From Myxococcales bacterium (lineage in GTDB: Bacteria; Myxococcota_A; Bradymonadia; REDH01), in assembly GCA_020633625.1 (NCBI GenBank), contig JACKDJ010000013.1, positions 29,046-93,045 on the forward strand: a stretch of 64,000 nt of DNA, written 5' to 3'. The translations under genes and the position numbers were made by a program. The notes under the pieces are model-generated. The model was not told where the DNA came from. It saw only the letters and a list, made by a program, of their open reading frames with translations, and did no database searches. Of this stretch, positions 19,649-30,121 are shown piece by piece; the first letter of the stretch is position 1, and every line of letters begins with the position of its first letter.

Positions 19649-21031
19649 GTGTTCGATGTCGCGATCGTCGGTGGGGGGTTGGCAGGTTCGGAGGCCGCGC
19701 TGCAGCTCTCGGCCGCCGGATTCGTGGTTGCGCTCTACGAGATGCGACCGACGCGGATGACCGAGGCGCACCACACCGAGGGGCTCGCGGAGCTCGTGTG
19801 CTCGAACTCCTTTCGGGGCGATGCGCTCTCCAACGCCGTCGGACTGCTCAAGGAGGAGATGCGCCGCGCCGGGTCGGCGCTGATGGCCGTGGCGGAGCGC
19901 TGCTCGGTCCCCGCCGGGGGGGCGCTGGCGGTCGATCGCGATCGCTTCTCGGCCGAGGTGACCGCACTCGTCGCGGCGGCGCCGAACATCACGGTGCGTC
20001 GCGAGGAAGTCGACTCGATCCCGGTCGCCGACGCGCGGCTGACGATCGTCGCAACGGGGCCGCTCACCTCACCATCGCTCGTGGCCTCGCTGACGGCCCT
20101 CACGGGCTCCGAGCAGCTCTACTTCTACGACTCGATCGCGCCGATCATCGACGCCGAGTCCATCGACACTTCGATCGTCTTCGCGGCGAGTCGGTACGGG
20201 AAGGGAGAGGGCGACGACTACTTGAACTGCCCTCTGTCGCGCGATGAGTACGGTGCCTTTATCGACGCGATGCTGGGCGCCGAGCTCGCGCCGACCAAGG
20301 AGTTCGAAGAGGCGAAGTTCTTCGAGGCGTGCCTTCCCGTCGAGGTCATGGCGGCCCGCGGCCGGGATACTCTGCGGTTCGGCCCGATGAAGCCGGTGGG
20401 GCTCGACGATCCCCGCACCGGCCGTTGGCCTCACGCGGTCGTGCAGCTCCGCACCGAGAACCTGGAGCGCACGGCGTACAACCTCGTCGGCTTCCAGAGC
20501 CGCATGAAGTGGGGTGAGCAGGCGCGCGTGTTCAGGATGATCCCCGGGCTCGAGCGCGCGGAGTTCCTGCGGTTTGGCTCGGTGCACCGGAACACGTTCG
20601 TGCACGGCCCGCGCGTTCTCGGGTCGTGGCTCGAGCTCCGCGCAGACGCCCGGATTCGGCTCGCCGGACAGCTCACGGGGGTCGAAGGCTACGTGGAGTC
20701 GACCGCGTGCGGCATGCTGGCGGCATGGGGGGCGGCGGCGACGCTGCGGGGCCTGTCGCTAGAGGCACCTCCGCCGACGACCGCGCTCGGCGCGCTGCAG
20801 CGTCACGTGACGGGCGAGCTCGCGTTCGATCCGGCGGCCTACCAGCCGTCCAACGTGAACTGGGCGATGTTCCCCTCGCCCGATGACGCTCGCGAGCGCG
20901 ACAAGCGCGTCAAGCGCGAGCGCATGGCGGCTCGCGGCCTCGACGCGCTCGATGTGTGGCTCGAGGGGGTCGGTGCCGCCGGGCTGCGACGCCCGGGGTT
21001 TCGGCGCCACGAGCCGACGGTCAGCGCCTGA
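19649..21031 (+). CDS. trmFO: methylenetetrahydrofolate--tRNA-(uracil-5-)-methyltransferase TrmFO (Gid)
   Basis: AGGAGGA at 19639-19645 precedes GTG 19649. 'FDVAIVGGGLAGSEAA' FAD fold; 'LVCSNSFR', 'GQLTGVEGYVES', 'YQPSNVNWAMF'. Confidence 0.93.
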   Translation: MFDVAIVGGGLAGSEAALQLSAAGFVVALYEMRPTRMTEAHHTEGLAELVCSNSFRGDALSNAVGLLKEEMRRAGSALMAVAERCSVPAGGALAVDRDRFSAEVTALVAAAPNITVRREEVDSIPVADARLTIVATGPLTSPSLVASLTALTGSEQLYFYDSIAPIIDAESIDTSIVFAASRYGKGEGDDYLNCPLSRDEYGAFIDAMLGAELAPTKEFEEAKFFEACLPVEVMAARGRDTLRFGPMKPVGLDDPRTGRWPHAVVQLRTENLERTAYNLVGFQSRMKWGEQARVFRMIPGLERAEFLRFGSVHRNTFVHGPRVLGSWLELRADARIRLAGQLTGVEGYVESTACGMLAAWGAAATLRGLSLEAPPPTTALGALQRHVTGELAFDPAAYQPSNVNWAMFPSPDDARERDKRVKRERMAARGLDALDVWLEGVGAAGLRRPGFRRHEPTVSA

Positions 21032-21147
21032 CGCGTCGATCTGGCGCGCGCCGGTGCGGCCGCCCGCGGTCGGTCGGGCGTCCGGCCGGGCCTGAGGAAG
21101 AGGCCCGTGAAGTTGCAGCGCGCGCGACACGGACGCACCCTCAGCGC

Positions 21148-22086
21148 ATGTCAGGCTGGGAGTACGAGATCGCAGAGTTCGTCGAGGTCCTCAGGGCCGA
21201 GCGTGGCGCGTCGCCCGAGACGGTGCGGGCCTACGAGGGAGACCTGCGCCATTTCTTCGAGTGGTCGGCCACGACGCCGAGGGCAGCCACTTGTGCAGCC
21301 GAGATCGCGGTGGCGACGGTGCGGGGCTACCTAGCCGCCCACATCCGGGGGCACGCCCGTTCGACGCTGGCGAGACGGCTCGCGGCGCTTCGGAGCTTCC
21401 TTGGAGACCGCGTGCGCCAGGGCCTGCTCGACGTCAACGTCGCCAAGCTGGTCGTCACACCGAAGCAGCCGAAGCACCTGTGCGAGGTGCTGAGCGTCGA
21501 CGACGCGGCGACGCTCCTCGACGCGCCGTGCGACGTCGACCGTCCGCTCGCGGTGCGCGACCATGCCATGTGGGAGCTCGCGTATTCGTCGGGACTGCGC
21601 GTGAGCGAGCTTGTCGGTCTCGACCGTCCCGCGCTGGACCTGTCCGAGGGCTGGGTGCGGGTTCTCGGCAAGGGCTCGAAGGAGCGCGAGGTCCCAGTGG
21701 GGGAGGCGGCGCTCGCGGCGCTGGGCGCCTACGTTGCCGACGCGCGCGAGGCGCTCCTCGATCGCGGCGATCGGCAGACATCCGCGCTGTTCCTCAACTA
21801 CCGGGGCGAGCGGATCTCGGCGCGGAGCGTGCGTCGCCTGCTCGACGACGCTCAGCTCCGCGCAGGGACGAAGGGGCGGGTCTCGCCGCACGGGCTGCGT
21901 CACTCGTTCGCGACGCACATGCTGGAGGGGGGCGCGGACCTACGTGGGATCCAGGAGATGCTGGGCCACGCGAGCGTTGCGACGACGGAGCGCTACACGC
22001 ACGTCACGCTCGACCACCTGAGCCGCGTCTACGATGCCGCGCATCCACGTGCGGCCCGCCGTCGATTGCCCGCGACGGGTGGGTGA
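21148..22086 (+). CDS. xerC: tyrosine recombinase XerC (CodV-like)
   Basis: N-terminal SAM-like '[26 protein letters not shown]'. Catalytic 'GLRVSEL', '[12 protein letters not shown]', '[15 protein letters not shown]'. It sits immediately upstream of hslVU, as codV does in Bacillus. Confidence 0.9.
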   Translation: MSGWEYEIAEFVEVLRAERGASPETVRAYEGDLRHFFEWSATTPRAATCAAEIAVATVRGYLAAHIRGHARSTLARRLAALRSFLGDRVRQGLLDVNVAKLVVTPKQPKHLCEVLSVDDAATLLDAPCDVDRPLAVRDHAMWELAYSSGLRVSELVGLDRPALDLSEGWVRVLGKGSKEREVPVGEAALAALGAYVADAREALLDRGDRQTSALFLNYRGERISARSVRRLLDDAQLRAGTKGRVSPHGLRHSFATHMLEGGADLRGIQEMLGHASVATTERYTHVTLDHLSRVYDAAHPRAARRRLPATGG

Positions 22087-22139
22087 TTAGGCTCGCGCGT
22101 CGGCGCGGTGCGCGCCTTCGATCGAGTCTAGGAGTGCGA

Positions 22140-22670
22140 ATGTTCAAGGGAACGACGATTCTGTCGGTCCGCTCCGGCGGCCACGTCGTGGTGGCGGGCG
22201 ACGGGCAGGTGTCGCTGGGCAACACGGTGATGAAGGCCTCGGCGCGGAAGGTGAGGCGCCTCGTCGACGGCTCCGTCATCGTCGGATTCGCCGGCAGCAC
22301 CGCCGACGCGATGACGCTGTACGAGAAGCTCGAGGGGAAGCTGAAGGAGTACAACAACAACCTGACGCGCGCGGCCGTGGAGCTCGCGAAGGACTGGCGC
22401 TCCGACAAGTACCTGCGCAGGCTCGAGGCGATGCTCGTCGCCGCCGACCGCGACCAGACGTTCGTCCTCTCCGGGACCGGCGACGTGCTACAGCCAGACG
22501 AGGGTATCGTCGCGATCGGGTCCGGCGCCGGATACGCCCTCGCTGCGGCTCGAGCGCTGAAGCGGTCGACCGAGCTTGGGCCTCGCGAGATCTGCCAGCA
22601 GGCGATGGGGATCGCGGCCGAGATCTGCGTGTTCACCAACGACCAGCTCACGATCGAGGAGCTCCGATGA
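22140..22670 (+). CDS. hslV: ATP-dependent protease subunit HslV
   Basis: '[32 protein letters not shown]' (N-terminal Thr after Met-processing region) and '[14 protein letters not shown]'. 176 aa. Confidence 0.95.
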   Translation: MFKGTTILSVRSGGHVVVAGDGQVSLGNTVMKASARKVRRLVDGSVIVGFAGSTADAMTLYEKLEGKLKEYNNNLTRAAVELAKDWRSDKYLRRLEAMLVAADRDQTFVLSGTGDVLQPDEGIVAIGSGAGYALAAARALKRSTELGPREICQQAMGIAAEICVFTNDQLTIEELR

Positions 22671-23992
22671 GCTACATGGTGCAGTCGCTGACCCCCCGCG
22701 AAGTGGTCAACGAGCTCGACCGGTACATAGTGGGGCAGGGGGCCGCGAAGCGGGCGGTGGCGCTGGCGTTGCGCGCACGTTGGCGTCGTCAGCAGCTCCC
22801 TCCTGAGCTCCGCGACGACGTCTCGCCGAAGAACATCATCATGATCGGGCCGACAGGGGTCGGGAAGACCGAGATCGCGCGACGGCTCGCCCGCCTGTCG
22901 CAGGCGCCGTTCCTGAAGGTCGAAGCGTCGAAGTTCACGGAGGTCGGGTACGTCGGGCGTGACGTCGAGTCGATGGTGCGTGATCTGGTCGAGACCGGGA
23001 TCGCGCTGGTGCGCGCCGAGCACGAAGAGCGCGTCCGGTCTCGCGCGGTAGCGGCGGCGGTCGAGCGGGTCGCCGAGGCGCTGCTCAAGGCCGACGGGCG
23101 CTCGCTCGTCGGAGCGGATCGCGAGTCGTACATTCGACGCGTGCGAGCCGGTGAGCTCGACGAGCGCAGCGTCGAGGTTCAGGTGCCAGAGAAGCGCCCC
23201 GCCATGTTCGAGATCTTCTCGCCGCGGGGCGGGATGGAGGAGATGGGCGTGAGCCTCGGCGACATGCTCGGGAACGCGATGCCGAAGCGAAAGCGCACGG
23301 CGCACCTGAAGGTCAGCCAGGCATTGCGGGCGTACGAGGCCGAGGAGGCCGAGAAGCTGATCGACCACGAGGCGATCGTCGCCGAGGCGCTGGACCGGAC
23401 GCAGCAGCACGGCATCATCTTCCTCGACGAGATCGACAAGATCGCGGGGCGTGAGGGGGCGCGCGGTCCCGACGTGAGCCGCGAGGGGGTTCAGCGCGAT
23501 CTGTTGCCGGTGGTCGAGGGGTGCAACGTCAACACCAAGCACGGGATGGTGAAGACGGACCACATCCTCTTCATCGCCGCGGGCGCGTTCCACGTGTCGA
23601 AGCCGTCGGATCTGATCCCGGAGCTGCAGGGTCGGTTCCCGATTCGTGTGGAGCTGGAAGCGCTCAAGGAAGAGGACTTCACGCGAATTCTCTCGGAACC
23701 TCGCAACAGCTTGGTGAAGCAATACGTCGAGATGCTGGCCACCGAGGGCGTCACCGTGCGCGTCGACGAGTCGGCGGTGGCGGAGATCGCACGCATCGCC
23801 GGCGAGGTGAACCGCTCGCTCGAGAACATCGGCGCGAGGCGGCTGCACACGGTGATGGAGCGCGTCTTCGAGGAGCTCTCGTACCATGCCCCAGAGATGC
23901 ACGGTGCGGTGGTCGACGTCGGGCGGGACTACGTCCGCGAGCGTCTGGCCGACGTCGTGGCCAACGAGGACCTGTCACGCTACATCCTGTGA
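22667..23992 (+). CDS. hslU: ATP-dependent protease ATPase subunit HslU
   Basis: '[17 protein letters not shown]', Walker A '[15 protein letters not shown]', Walker B '[11 protein letters not shown]', and '[15 protein letters not shown]'. ATGA overlap with hslV. Confidence 0.97.
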   Translation: MSYMVQSLTPREVVNELDRYIVGQGAAKRAVALALRARWRRQQLPPELRDDVSPKNIIMIGPTGVGKTEIARRLARLSQAPFLKVEASKFTEVGYVGRDVESMVRDLVETGIALVRAEHEERVRSRAVAAAVERVAEALLKADGRSLVGADRESYIRRVRAGELDERSVEVQVPEKRPAMFEIFSPRGGMEEMGVSLGDMLGNAMPKRKRTAHLKVSQALRAYEAEEAEKLIDHEAIVAEALDRTQQHGIIFLDEIDKIAGREGARGPDVSREGVQRDLLPVVEGCNVNTKHGMVKTDHILFIAAGAFHVSKPSDLIPELQGRFPIRVELEALKEEDFTRILSEPRNSLVKQYVEMLATEGVTVRVDESAVAEIARIAGEVNRSLENIGARRLHTVMERVFEELSYHAPEMHGAVVDVGRDYVRERLADVVANEDLSRYIL

Positions 23993-24051
23993 CGGGCCGG
24001 TGAGCGCCGCTCGGTAGGCGAGCTCGCCGCCGGTCCGCGCACTCGGAGCCC

Positions 24052-25266
24052 GTGATGACCACAGTCGCCACCGACACGCTCGTCGCCCTGGGTCGGCGAA
24101 CCATCTCGATGAACTACGCCCCGGCGCCGGTCGTGCTGGAGCGCGGTCAGGGCGCGCGCGTGTGGGACACAGAGGGGCGTGAGTACATCGACCTGCTCGC
24201 GGGCATCGCGGTCAGCGTCGTTGGGCACGCGCACCCTAGACTCGTCGCCGCGTTGCAGGATCAAGTCTCGAAGCTGCTTCATGTCTCGAACGGCTTCTTT
24301 ACCGAGCCGCAGGTCCTCTTGATGGAGGCGCTTACGCGGCTGTCGTTCGCGAGCCGCGTGTACTTCGGCAACTCTGGGGCCGAGGCGAACGAGGCGGCGA
24401 TCAAGCTGGCGCGACGCTATCAGCGGGTGGTGCGGGGGACTCCGCGGTTCGAGGTGATTTCGTTCGTTCACGGCTTTCACGGCCGCACGTACGGGGCGCT
24501 GTCGGCGACCGCCCAGCCGAAGTACCACGCTGGGTTCGAGCCGATGGTGCCCGGATTCGTGCCGGCGACGTTCGGTGATCTCGGGTCGGTCGAGGCGCGC
24601 ATCGGTCCGCACACTGCGGCCATCCTCGTCGAGCCGGTGCAGGGGGAGGGCGGTGTGGTGCCGGCCCCGGATGGCTTCCTCGCCGGTCTGCGTGAGCTCT
24701 GCGATCGGCACGGGATCCTGCTGATCTTCGACGAGGTGCAGACGGGCTGCGGGCGCACCGGGCGATGGTTCGGCTACGAGCACGCCGGCGTCGCGCCAGA
24801 CATCATGACGCTCGCGAAGGGCATCGCGGGGGGAGTGCCGCTCGGCGTGATGCTGGCGACCGAGGAGGTGTCGGCGGGGTTCACGCGCGGTTCGCATGCG
24901 TCGACGTTTGGAGGAAATCCGCTGGCGACCCGCGCTGGGCTCGAGGTGATTCGGATCGTCGAGGAGGACGGGCTGGTCGCGCGTGGCGCGGAGCTCGGGG
25001 AGCGGCTCCGGTCCGGGCTGAGCGGCCTCGCGGGGCGGTTCCCGATCGCCGCCGTCCGCGGGCTCGGCGCGATGACCGGCGCTGAGTTGGCCGCGTCACC
25101 GGAACAGACCGCGCAGGTCATCGCGGCCGCGCGCGAGCGCGGGCTGCTCCTGAACCTGGCGGGCTCGACGGTGCTTCGCTTCGTGCCGCCGCTGGTGGCC
25201 GCGGATGTCGACGTCGACTCGGGGCTGGAGCGCCTGGAGGGGGCCCTCGGCAGTGTCTTTGGCTAG
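24052..25266 (+). CDS. argD: acetylornithine aminotransferase (class-III PLP aminotransferase)
   Basis: 'FGNSGAEANEAAIKLAR', 'LIFDEVQTGCGRTG', 'PDIMTLAKGIAGGVPLG' (PLP Lys), 'THASTFGGNPLA'. Confidence 0.88.
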   Translation: MMTTVATDTLVALGRRTISMNYAPAPVVLERGQGARVWDTEGREYIDLLAGIAVSVVGHAHPRLVAALQDQVSKLLHVSNGFFTEPQVLLMEALTRLSFASRVYFGNSGAEANEAAIKLARRYQRVVRGTPRFEVISFVHGFHGRTYGALSATAQPKYHAGFEPMVPGFVPATFGDLGSVEARIGPHTAAILVEPVQGEGGVVPAPDGFLAGLRELCDRHGILLIFDEVQTGCGRTGRWFGYEHAGVAPDIMTLAKGIAGGVPLGVMLATEEVSAGFTRGSHASTFGGNPLATRAGLEVIRIVEEDGLVARGAELGERLRSGLSGLAGRFPIAAVRGLGAMTGAELAASPEQTAQVIAAARERGLLLNLAGSTVLRFVPPLVAADVDVDSGLERLEGALGSVFG

Positions 25267-25413
25267 GTCCGGCGTGGGCGGTGTGGGGCCGTGTCGGAGC
25301 GTCACCGTGCCGCACGCCGCTCGGCGCTGTCGCTTGCTGCGTCAGGTCGGGTCGGATACACCGGATGTCCGGCCCCCCTTCCGTGCAGTTCTGTGACGAC
25401 CGAGCGCGACTTC

Positions 25414-26856
25414 ATGCGGCGCGTTGGTGCCGACCGCGTGCCGGCGACGACGACGGTGTCCCCGGACCCCGCGGTCGTGCTCTCGCCGTACGACTACTTC
25501 CTGCTCTCCCGCATCGACGGGAGGACGACGCTGCGCGTTTTGAGGCAGATAGCCGGGACTGGAGAGGCGGAGTTCGACGCCTCGTTCACGAAGCTGATCG
25601 CAGCGGGCCTGGCACGCGTACCGGGAGTCCAGCGCGACGATGCGTTGTCTGCGCTCGGACTCGACGCGGGGGCGGCGCCCCCGGCCGCGACGATTGCTCC
25701 GCCGTCGGCAGCGCCACCGGCCCCAGCTCCGCCGGCTCCAAGCCCGAGGACTCCAGCGGCCGCTTCGGCTTCGGCGGCCGTCCCGGAAGCCGGTCCGCCC
25801 TCGGCGGCGGCGCCCGTCGTGTCGACCGCGCCGGTCGCGGCGCCAGTTCAGGAGGACTCGGACGTCGACGACCACGACGACGACGACGACGACCCGCTGG
25901 ACGTCGTGCCCCCGACTGGCGTCGGGGAGCGGTACGAGGCCGTCGCGACTCGTCAGGAGAAGGCCGTCAAGGCGTCGACGCCGCGTCTGACGCGCGAGCT
26001 GATCCCGCGCGGCTGGCCGATCCCGTTCCAACAATTCACGTTCGACCCCGAGACGATGGCGACGGGGCCGGCGCTCGACGGTGAGCAGAAGCAGGTGGTG
26101 CTGTACTACCACTACCATCTGCAGCGCGTGAGCTACTACGACCTGCTCGGGCTGCCGTCGGGGGCGTCGCGGCGCGACGTCAAGCTCGCCTACTTCCGGC
26201 TGTCGAAGGCGTTTCACCCGGACCGCTGGTACCGCAAAGAGACTGGCGAGTTCGGGGACTACATCGAGGACGTGTTCAAGTGGCTCAACCGGGCCTACGG
26301 CGTGCTCTCTTCGCCGACGAAGCGTCGCGGCTACGACAAGCTGATCGCGCGTGGGTACGTCGGCGAGTGGCAGCTCGAGGGGCCGGTGGCGACTCAGGCA
26401 AAGCGGGCGCATCCTCCGCAGCAGCGCGGCTCCGGCGGTGACGCGTCGGGAGACGGGCGCGCGGGGGCGACGGACGCGCGTCGCACGATGGACGCGCTTC
26501 TTCTGAAGGCGCGCGCGCTGGAGGCGGCTGCAGACTGGTCCGGCGCGGTCGACCTGTACAACAGGGCGATCTCGGTGTCGCCGTCTGCGGATTTGCGAAT
26601 CCGACTCGTCGAGTGCATGCTGAAGGCCACGATGGACCCCGCCGAGATCGACCAGCACATCGCTCATGCGCGCGCCGAAGGGGCCGAGGCGAAGGGCGTT
26701 TTGCTGCTTGAAGCCGAGGTCGCCCGTCGGCTCGGCGATGTGATTCGCGCCGAGTCGGCGTATCGAGGGATGTTGGCCCTGGAGCCCTCGAACCCGGTCG
26801 CGAGGCTGGGGCTGGAGAAGCTCGGGGCGTCTGTAGACAGCGCCGATCAGGCTTAG
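25414..26856 (+). CDS. J-domain co-chaperone with an N-terminal FLLSRIDG module, Pro/Ala/Asp-rich linker and C-terminal TPR-like region
   Basis: J-domain 'YYDLLGLPSGASRRDVKLAYFRLSKAFHPDRW' (HPD present). No G/F region or CxxCxGxG zinc finger. Alternative starts at 25291 (ORF track) or GTG 25393. Confidence 0.8.
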   Translation: MRRVGADRVPATTTVSPDPAVVLSPYDYFLLSRIDGRTTLRVLRQIAGTGEAEFDASFTKLIAAGLARVPGVQRDDALSALGLDAGAAPPAATIAPPSAAPPAPAPPAPSPRTPAAASASAAVPEAGPPSAAAPVVSTAPVAAPVQEDSDVDDHDDDDDDPLDVVPPTGVGERYEAVATRQEKAVKASTPRLTRELIPRGWPIPFQQFTFDPETMATGPALDGEQKQVVLYYHYHLQRVSYYDLLGLPSGASRRDVKLAYFRLSKAFHPDRWYRKETGEFGDYIEDVFKWLNRAYGVLSSPTKRRGYDKLIARGYVGEWQLEGPVATQAKRAHPPQQRGSGGDASGDGRAGATDARRTMDALLLKARALEAAADWSGAVDLYNRAISVSPSADLRIRLVECMLKATMDPAEIDQHIAHARAEGAEAKGVLLLEAEVARRLGDVIRAESAYRGMLALEPSNPVARLGLEKLGASVDSADQA

Positions 26857-26868
26857 AACGAGGACCGC

Positions 26869-28692
26869 ATGGCGAACGTCGTCGGAATCGATTTGGGGAC
26901 CACGAACTCCTGTGTGTCCGTCGTCCTCGATGGGACGCCGAAGGTCATCCCGAACAAGGCGGGGTACAAGACGACGCCGAGCATCGTGGCGATCAGCGAG
27001 TCTGGCCGGCGTCTCGTCGGTCAGATGGCGAAGCGGCAGGCGATCACCAACGCTCGCCACACCGTCTACGCGGCGAAGCGGCTGATCGGGCGAAAGTGGG
27101 GCTCGCCGGCGGTGCTCCACTCGCTCGAGACGTGCCCGTACCAGATCGTGCAGGGGCCGCACGAGGACGTTCGCGTGAAGCTGCGGGACAAGGTGTACTC
27201 GGTGCCCGAGGTCTCCTCGATGATCCTGCAGGAGATGAAGCTCATCGCCGAGGAGTACCTTGGTGAGGAGGTGACGCAGGCAGTCATCACGGTCCCGGCG
27301 TACTTCAACGACAATCAGCGCCAGGCCACGAAGGACGCGGGCCGAATCGCCGGCCTCGACGTGCTGCGGATCATCAACGAGCCTACCGCCGCCGCGCTGG
27401 CGTATGGCTACGGCAAGGACCTCGACCAGACGATCGCGATCTACGACCTCGGCGGCGGCACCTTCGATATCTCCGTACTGGAGATCAGCGAAGGTGTGTT
27501 CGACGTCATGGCGACGAGCGGTGACACGTTCCTCGGAGGTGAGGACTTCGACGCGCGCGTCATCGAGTGGCTGACCCTCGAGTTCGCCGCCGAGCACCGC
27601 GTGGACCTGCGAAAGGACGACATGGCGCTTCAGCGGCTGAAAGACGCCGCCGAGAAGGCCAAGATCGAGCTGTCGACTCTCGCCCAGAGCGAGGTGAACC
27701 TCCCGTTCATTTTCACGCGCGAGAACAACGAGACGCTCCACCTCCAGCGCACCCTGAGCCGCGACAAGCTCGAGGAGCTCGTCGCGGACCTCGTCCAGCG
27801 CACCATCAAGATCTGCAACCAGACGCTCGAAGAGGCTCAGCTCTCGATCGCCGATGTCGACGAGGTGATCCTGGTTGGTGGCATGACGCGGATGCCGGCG
27901 GTTCAGCGAGCGGTGAACGAGTTCTTCAAGCGCACGCCGAAGAAGGGAGTTCACCCGGACGAGGTCGTCGCCATCGGCGCGGCGATCCAGGCGCAGGCGC
28001 TGGTACACGAAGACACCGAGGTGCTCCTCCTCGACGTCACGCCGCACTCCCTGGGCATCATGGTCTACGGCGGCGGCTTCGAGATCATCATCGAGAAGAA
28101 CAGCACCGTTCCGACGAGCCAGTCCCACATCTTCACGACGGTCCGCGACAACCAGACGTCCGTGAAGATCCTGGTGCTCCAGGGCGAGTCGCTCCGCGCC
28201 GAAGAGAACGAGCTTCTTGGCGAGTTCGTCCTGACCGGGCTCCGCAAGGCGGCCGCCGGCGAGGTCGAGGTCGAGGTCACCTTCGACATCTCGGCCGACG
28301 GCATCGTGTCCGTCCGCGCGCGAGACCTCGAGACGGGCAAGGCGCAGTCGATCACGGTCACGGCGACCAGCGGCCTCACCGAGGACGAGATCAAGAAGAT
28401 GATCACCGAGAACGCCGAGTACATGGTCCAGGTGCGCCAGTCCGAGGAGGTCGACGCGAAGCGGGACCAGATCCGGCGCGCCGTGCGCGAGATCGAGAAG
28501 GTGTTCCCCGAGGTCGAGTCCGCCCTTGGTGGCAGCGCGCTCGGGCAGGACGCGCTCGCGAAGGCTCGCGACGCCGTGACGACCGGCAAGTCCGCGCTCG
28601 GCTCGAACAGCATGGCGCAGCTCAGTTCCAGTGCTGAGGCTCTGGAGCGTACGCTCCAGGTCTTCACCGGGATCCTCGAGCGCGCCACCTAG
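26869..28692 (+). CDS. Hsp70-family chaperone (DnaK paralogue, non-canonical operon context)
   Basis: '[12 protein letters not shown]', '[21 protein letters not shown]', '[13 protein letters not shown]', '[13 protein letters not shown]', '[11 protein letters not shown]'. GAGGA lies 6 nt before the ATG. 607 aa. No grpE or dnaJ neighbours. Confidence 0.93.
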   Translation: MANVVGIDLGTTNSCVSVVLDGTPKVIPNKAGYKTTPSIVAISESGRRLVGQMAKRQAITNARHTVYAAKRLIGRKWGSPAVLHSLETCPYQIVQGPHEDVRVKLRDKVYSVPEVSSMILQEMKLIAEEYLGEEVTQAVITVPAYFNDNQRQATKDAGRIAGLDVLRIINEPTAAALAYGYGKDLDQTIAIYDLGGGTFDISVLEISEGVFDVMATSGDTFLGGEDFDARVIEWLTLEFAAEHRVDLRKDDMALQRLKDAAEKAKIELSTLAQSEVNLPFIFTRENNETLHLQRTLSRDKLEELVADLVQRTIKICNQTLEEAQLSIADVDEVILVGGMTRMPAVQRAVNEFFKRTPKKGVHPDEVVAIGAAIQAQALVHEDTEVLLLDVTPHSLGIMVYGGGFEIIIEKNSTVPTSQSHIFTTVRDNQTSVKILVLQGESLRAEENELLGEFVLTGLRKAAAGEVEVEVTFDISADGIVSVRARDLETGKAQSITVTATSGLTEDEIKKMITENAEYMVQVRQSEEVDAKRDQIRRAVREIEKVFPEVESALGGSALGQDALAKARDAVTTGKSALGSNSMAQLSSSAEALERTLQVFTGILERAT

Positions 28693-28738
28693 CGTCCTCC
28701 CGGGCGTTCCCGCCACTCACCCCCCGGAGCGAGCCGAC

Positions 28739-30121
28739 GTGGCGCGTGACCGAAACACCCCAGAGGCGCTCGTCGCGCAGGCGCTCGACCTCGCTCGTCG
28801 AGGCTTGACCAGCGACGCGTCCGAGGCGCTCTCCGCCGCGCTCGAGGCCGAGTTCATTCCGAGCATCGCCCAGTGCGCTGCGACGGTCGAGGCGGCGATC
28901 GAGGCGGGCGAGGGTGCCGAAGCGATCGCCACGGTCATCGCCGAGCTGGTCGACATGCTCGCTCCGCCCGCCGATGACATCGAGATCTTGGTCGAACTCG
29001 ACGCCGAGTCGGGCGAATACCTCACGCTCAGTGAAGTCGTCGACGCGTCGCCCGAGCGCCCGGGCGCGGACCGCCGCGAGGCCGCGTCGGCGGACGCGAC
29101 GCCGTTCACACGGCTACCCGAGGAGCCGAGCTCACAGTCGACGACCCGGCCGGTGCCTGTGACCCGGAACGATGCGTTCCAGACGGCGCCGCGGGCCCCT
29201 GTCGAGGGGCACCCTCGCGGCCGAACCGCGGAGCTGGTCCGCGAGCTGTTCGACCGCGCGGACCCCGCGGCCGGAAGGCCGTCGGCGGCGACGCCCATCG
29301 CGCCGGAGCCCGACGTCCGCAACCTCGCCGTGACGGCCGAGGCGGACGCCGTCGATGGGACCGCCCCGAGCCCCGGACGCGGCGCCGCACCGTACGCCGG
29401 CCGGCGCGCTGGCCGCGCGGCGCTCGACGACGACGACGACTTCGACTTCGGCGAGTCCCTTGGTGTTGCCAGCTCGCACCTCGAGATCGAGCCGGAGGTG
29501 GTTCGCGCCGACGCTCGTGTCGCCACACCGATCGACACCGAGGTCGCGCCGGCCGCGCCGACGCGGCCCGTCGGGCGGGAGCCGATGCCGCCGGCCACGC
29601 AGCCAGCTCCGAGGCCGCGCGCGGCGCCTGCCGCGTTGACAGCCGCACAGGTTGCGACGCCGCCACAGGCGATGCCGGCGGTCGCTACCGCTCAGACCGT
29701 CAAGACGGGCAAGTTCCAGCCCGTCGCTGCGTCGCCGTCGCGGCTCGTGGTGCCGGCGGCCGAGCTGATCGAGCGCGTGAAGATCATGCTGGGTAAGGGT
29801 GACCTGGCGTCGGCGGACCAGCTCGTGCGAGATGTGCTCGCCTCAGAGCCCGGCAACGCGGAGGCGCTTCGGCTGCAGCGCGACATCGTCGCGAAGCTGT
29901 CCATGCTCAAGATGGCGAGTCTGCAGCCGCTCGATCGCGTTCCCCGTGCCGATCTCGGCGCGGTAGCAGGCGCGTCGCTGAACCCGCGTTCGATGTTCCT
30001 GCTGTCGCAGGTCGACGGTACCTCGACGCTCCAAGACATCATCGACATGTCGGGGATGAGCGCGGGAGATGCCGCAGACCAACTCGCGGAGCTGATCGCG
30101 AAGGGCGTCCTACGCTTCTGA
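28739..30121 (+). CDS. Pro/Ala-rich hypothetical protein with a C-terminal TPR-like segment and FLLSQVDG module
   Basis: GGAG at 28726-28729 precedes GTG 28739; the ORF track starts at 28631, inside the Hsp70 gene. The C-terminus 'SMFLLSQVDGTSTLQDIIDMSGMSAGDAADQLAELIAKGVLRF' matches the J-protein N-terminal module. Confidence 0.55.
   Translation: MARDRNTPEALVAQALDLARRGLTSDASEALSAALEAEFIPSIAQCAATVEAAIEAGEGAEAIATVIAELVDMLAPPADDIEILVELDAESGEYLTLSEVVDASPERPGADRREAASADATPFTRLPEEPSSQSTTRPVPVTRNDAFQTAPRAPVEGHPRGRTAELVRELFDRADPAAGRPSAATPIAPEPDVRNLAVTAEADAVDGTAPSPGRGAAPYAGRRAGRAALDDDDDFDFGESLGVASSHLEIEPEVVRADARVATPIDTEVAPAAPTRPVGREPMPPATQPAPRPRAAPAALTAAQVATPPQAMPAVATAQTVKTGKFQPVAASPSRLVVPAAELIERVKIMLGKGDLASADQLVRDVLASEPGNAEALRLQRDIVAKLSMLKMASLQPLDRVPRADLGAVAGASLNPRSMFLLSQVDGTSTLQDIIDMSGMSAGDAADQLAELIAKGVLRF

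Noticed and set aside
21148-22086. A tyrosine recombinase, considered as a phage or integrative-element integrase marking a mobile element.
   Set aside because: It has the XerC/CodV-type N-terminal and catalytic motifs and sits in the conserved trmFO-xerC-hslVU housekeeping context. There is no adjacent tRNA, direct repeat, excisionase or phage gene.
25876-25893. Trinucleotide runs: (GAC)6 in the J-protein gene, and (GCC)n runs at about 46430-46449 and 46466-46489 in the RRM gene. These were considered as phase-variation or contingency repeats.
   Set aside because: Unit changes would stay in frame and only alter poly-Asp or poly-Gly length. The runs are short and fit the low-complexity protein regions. 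There is no evidence of switching function.
25342-28716. A 1124-aa ORF on the minus strand, antisense to the J-protein and Hsp70 genes and running through their intergenic gap.
   Set aside because: Its translation is Arg/Gly/Asp/His-rich low complexity with no motif. The sense strand encodes unmistakable J-domain and Hsp70 signatures. Long stop-free antisense frames are an expected by-product of GC-rich codon bias and are classically noted opposite Hsp70 genes.
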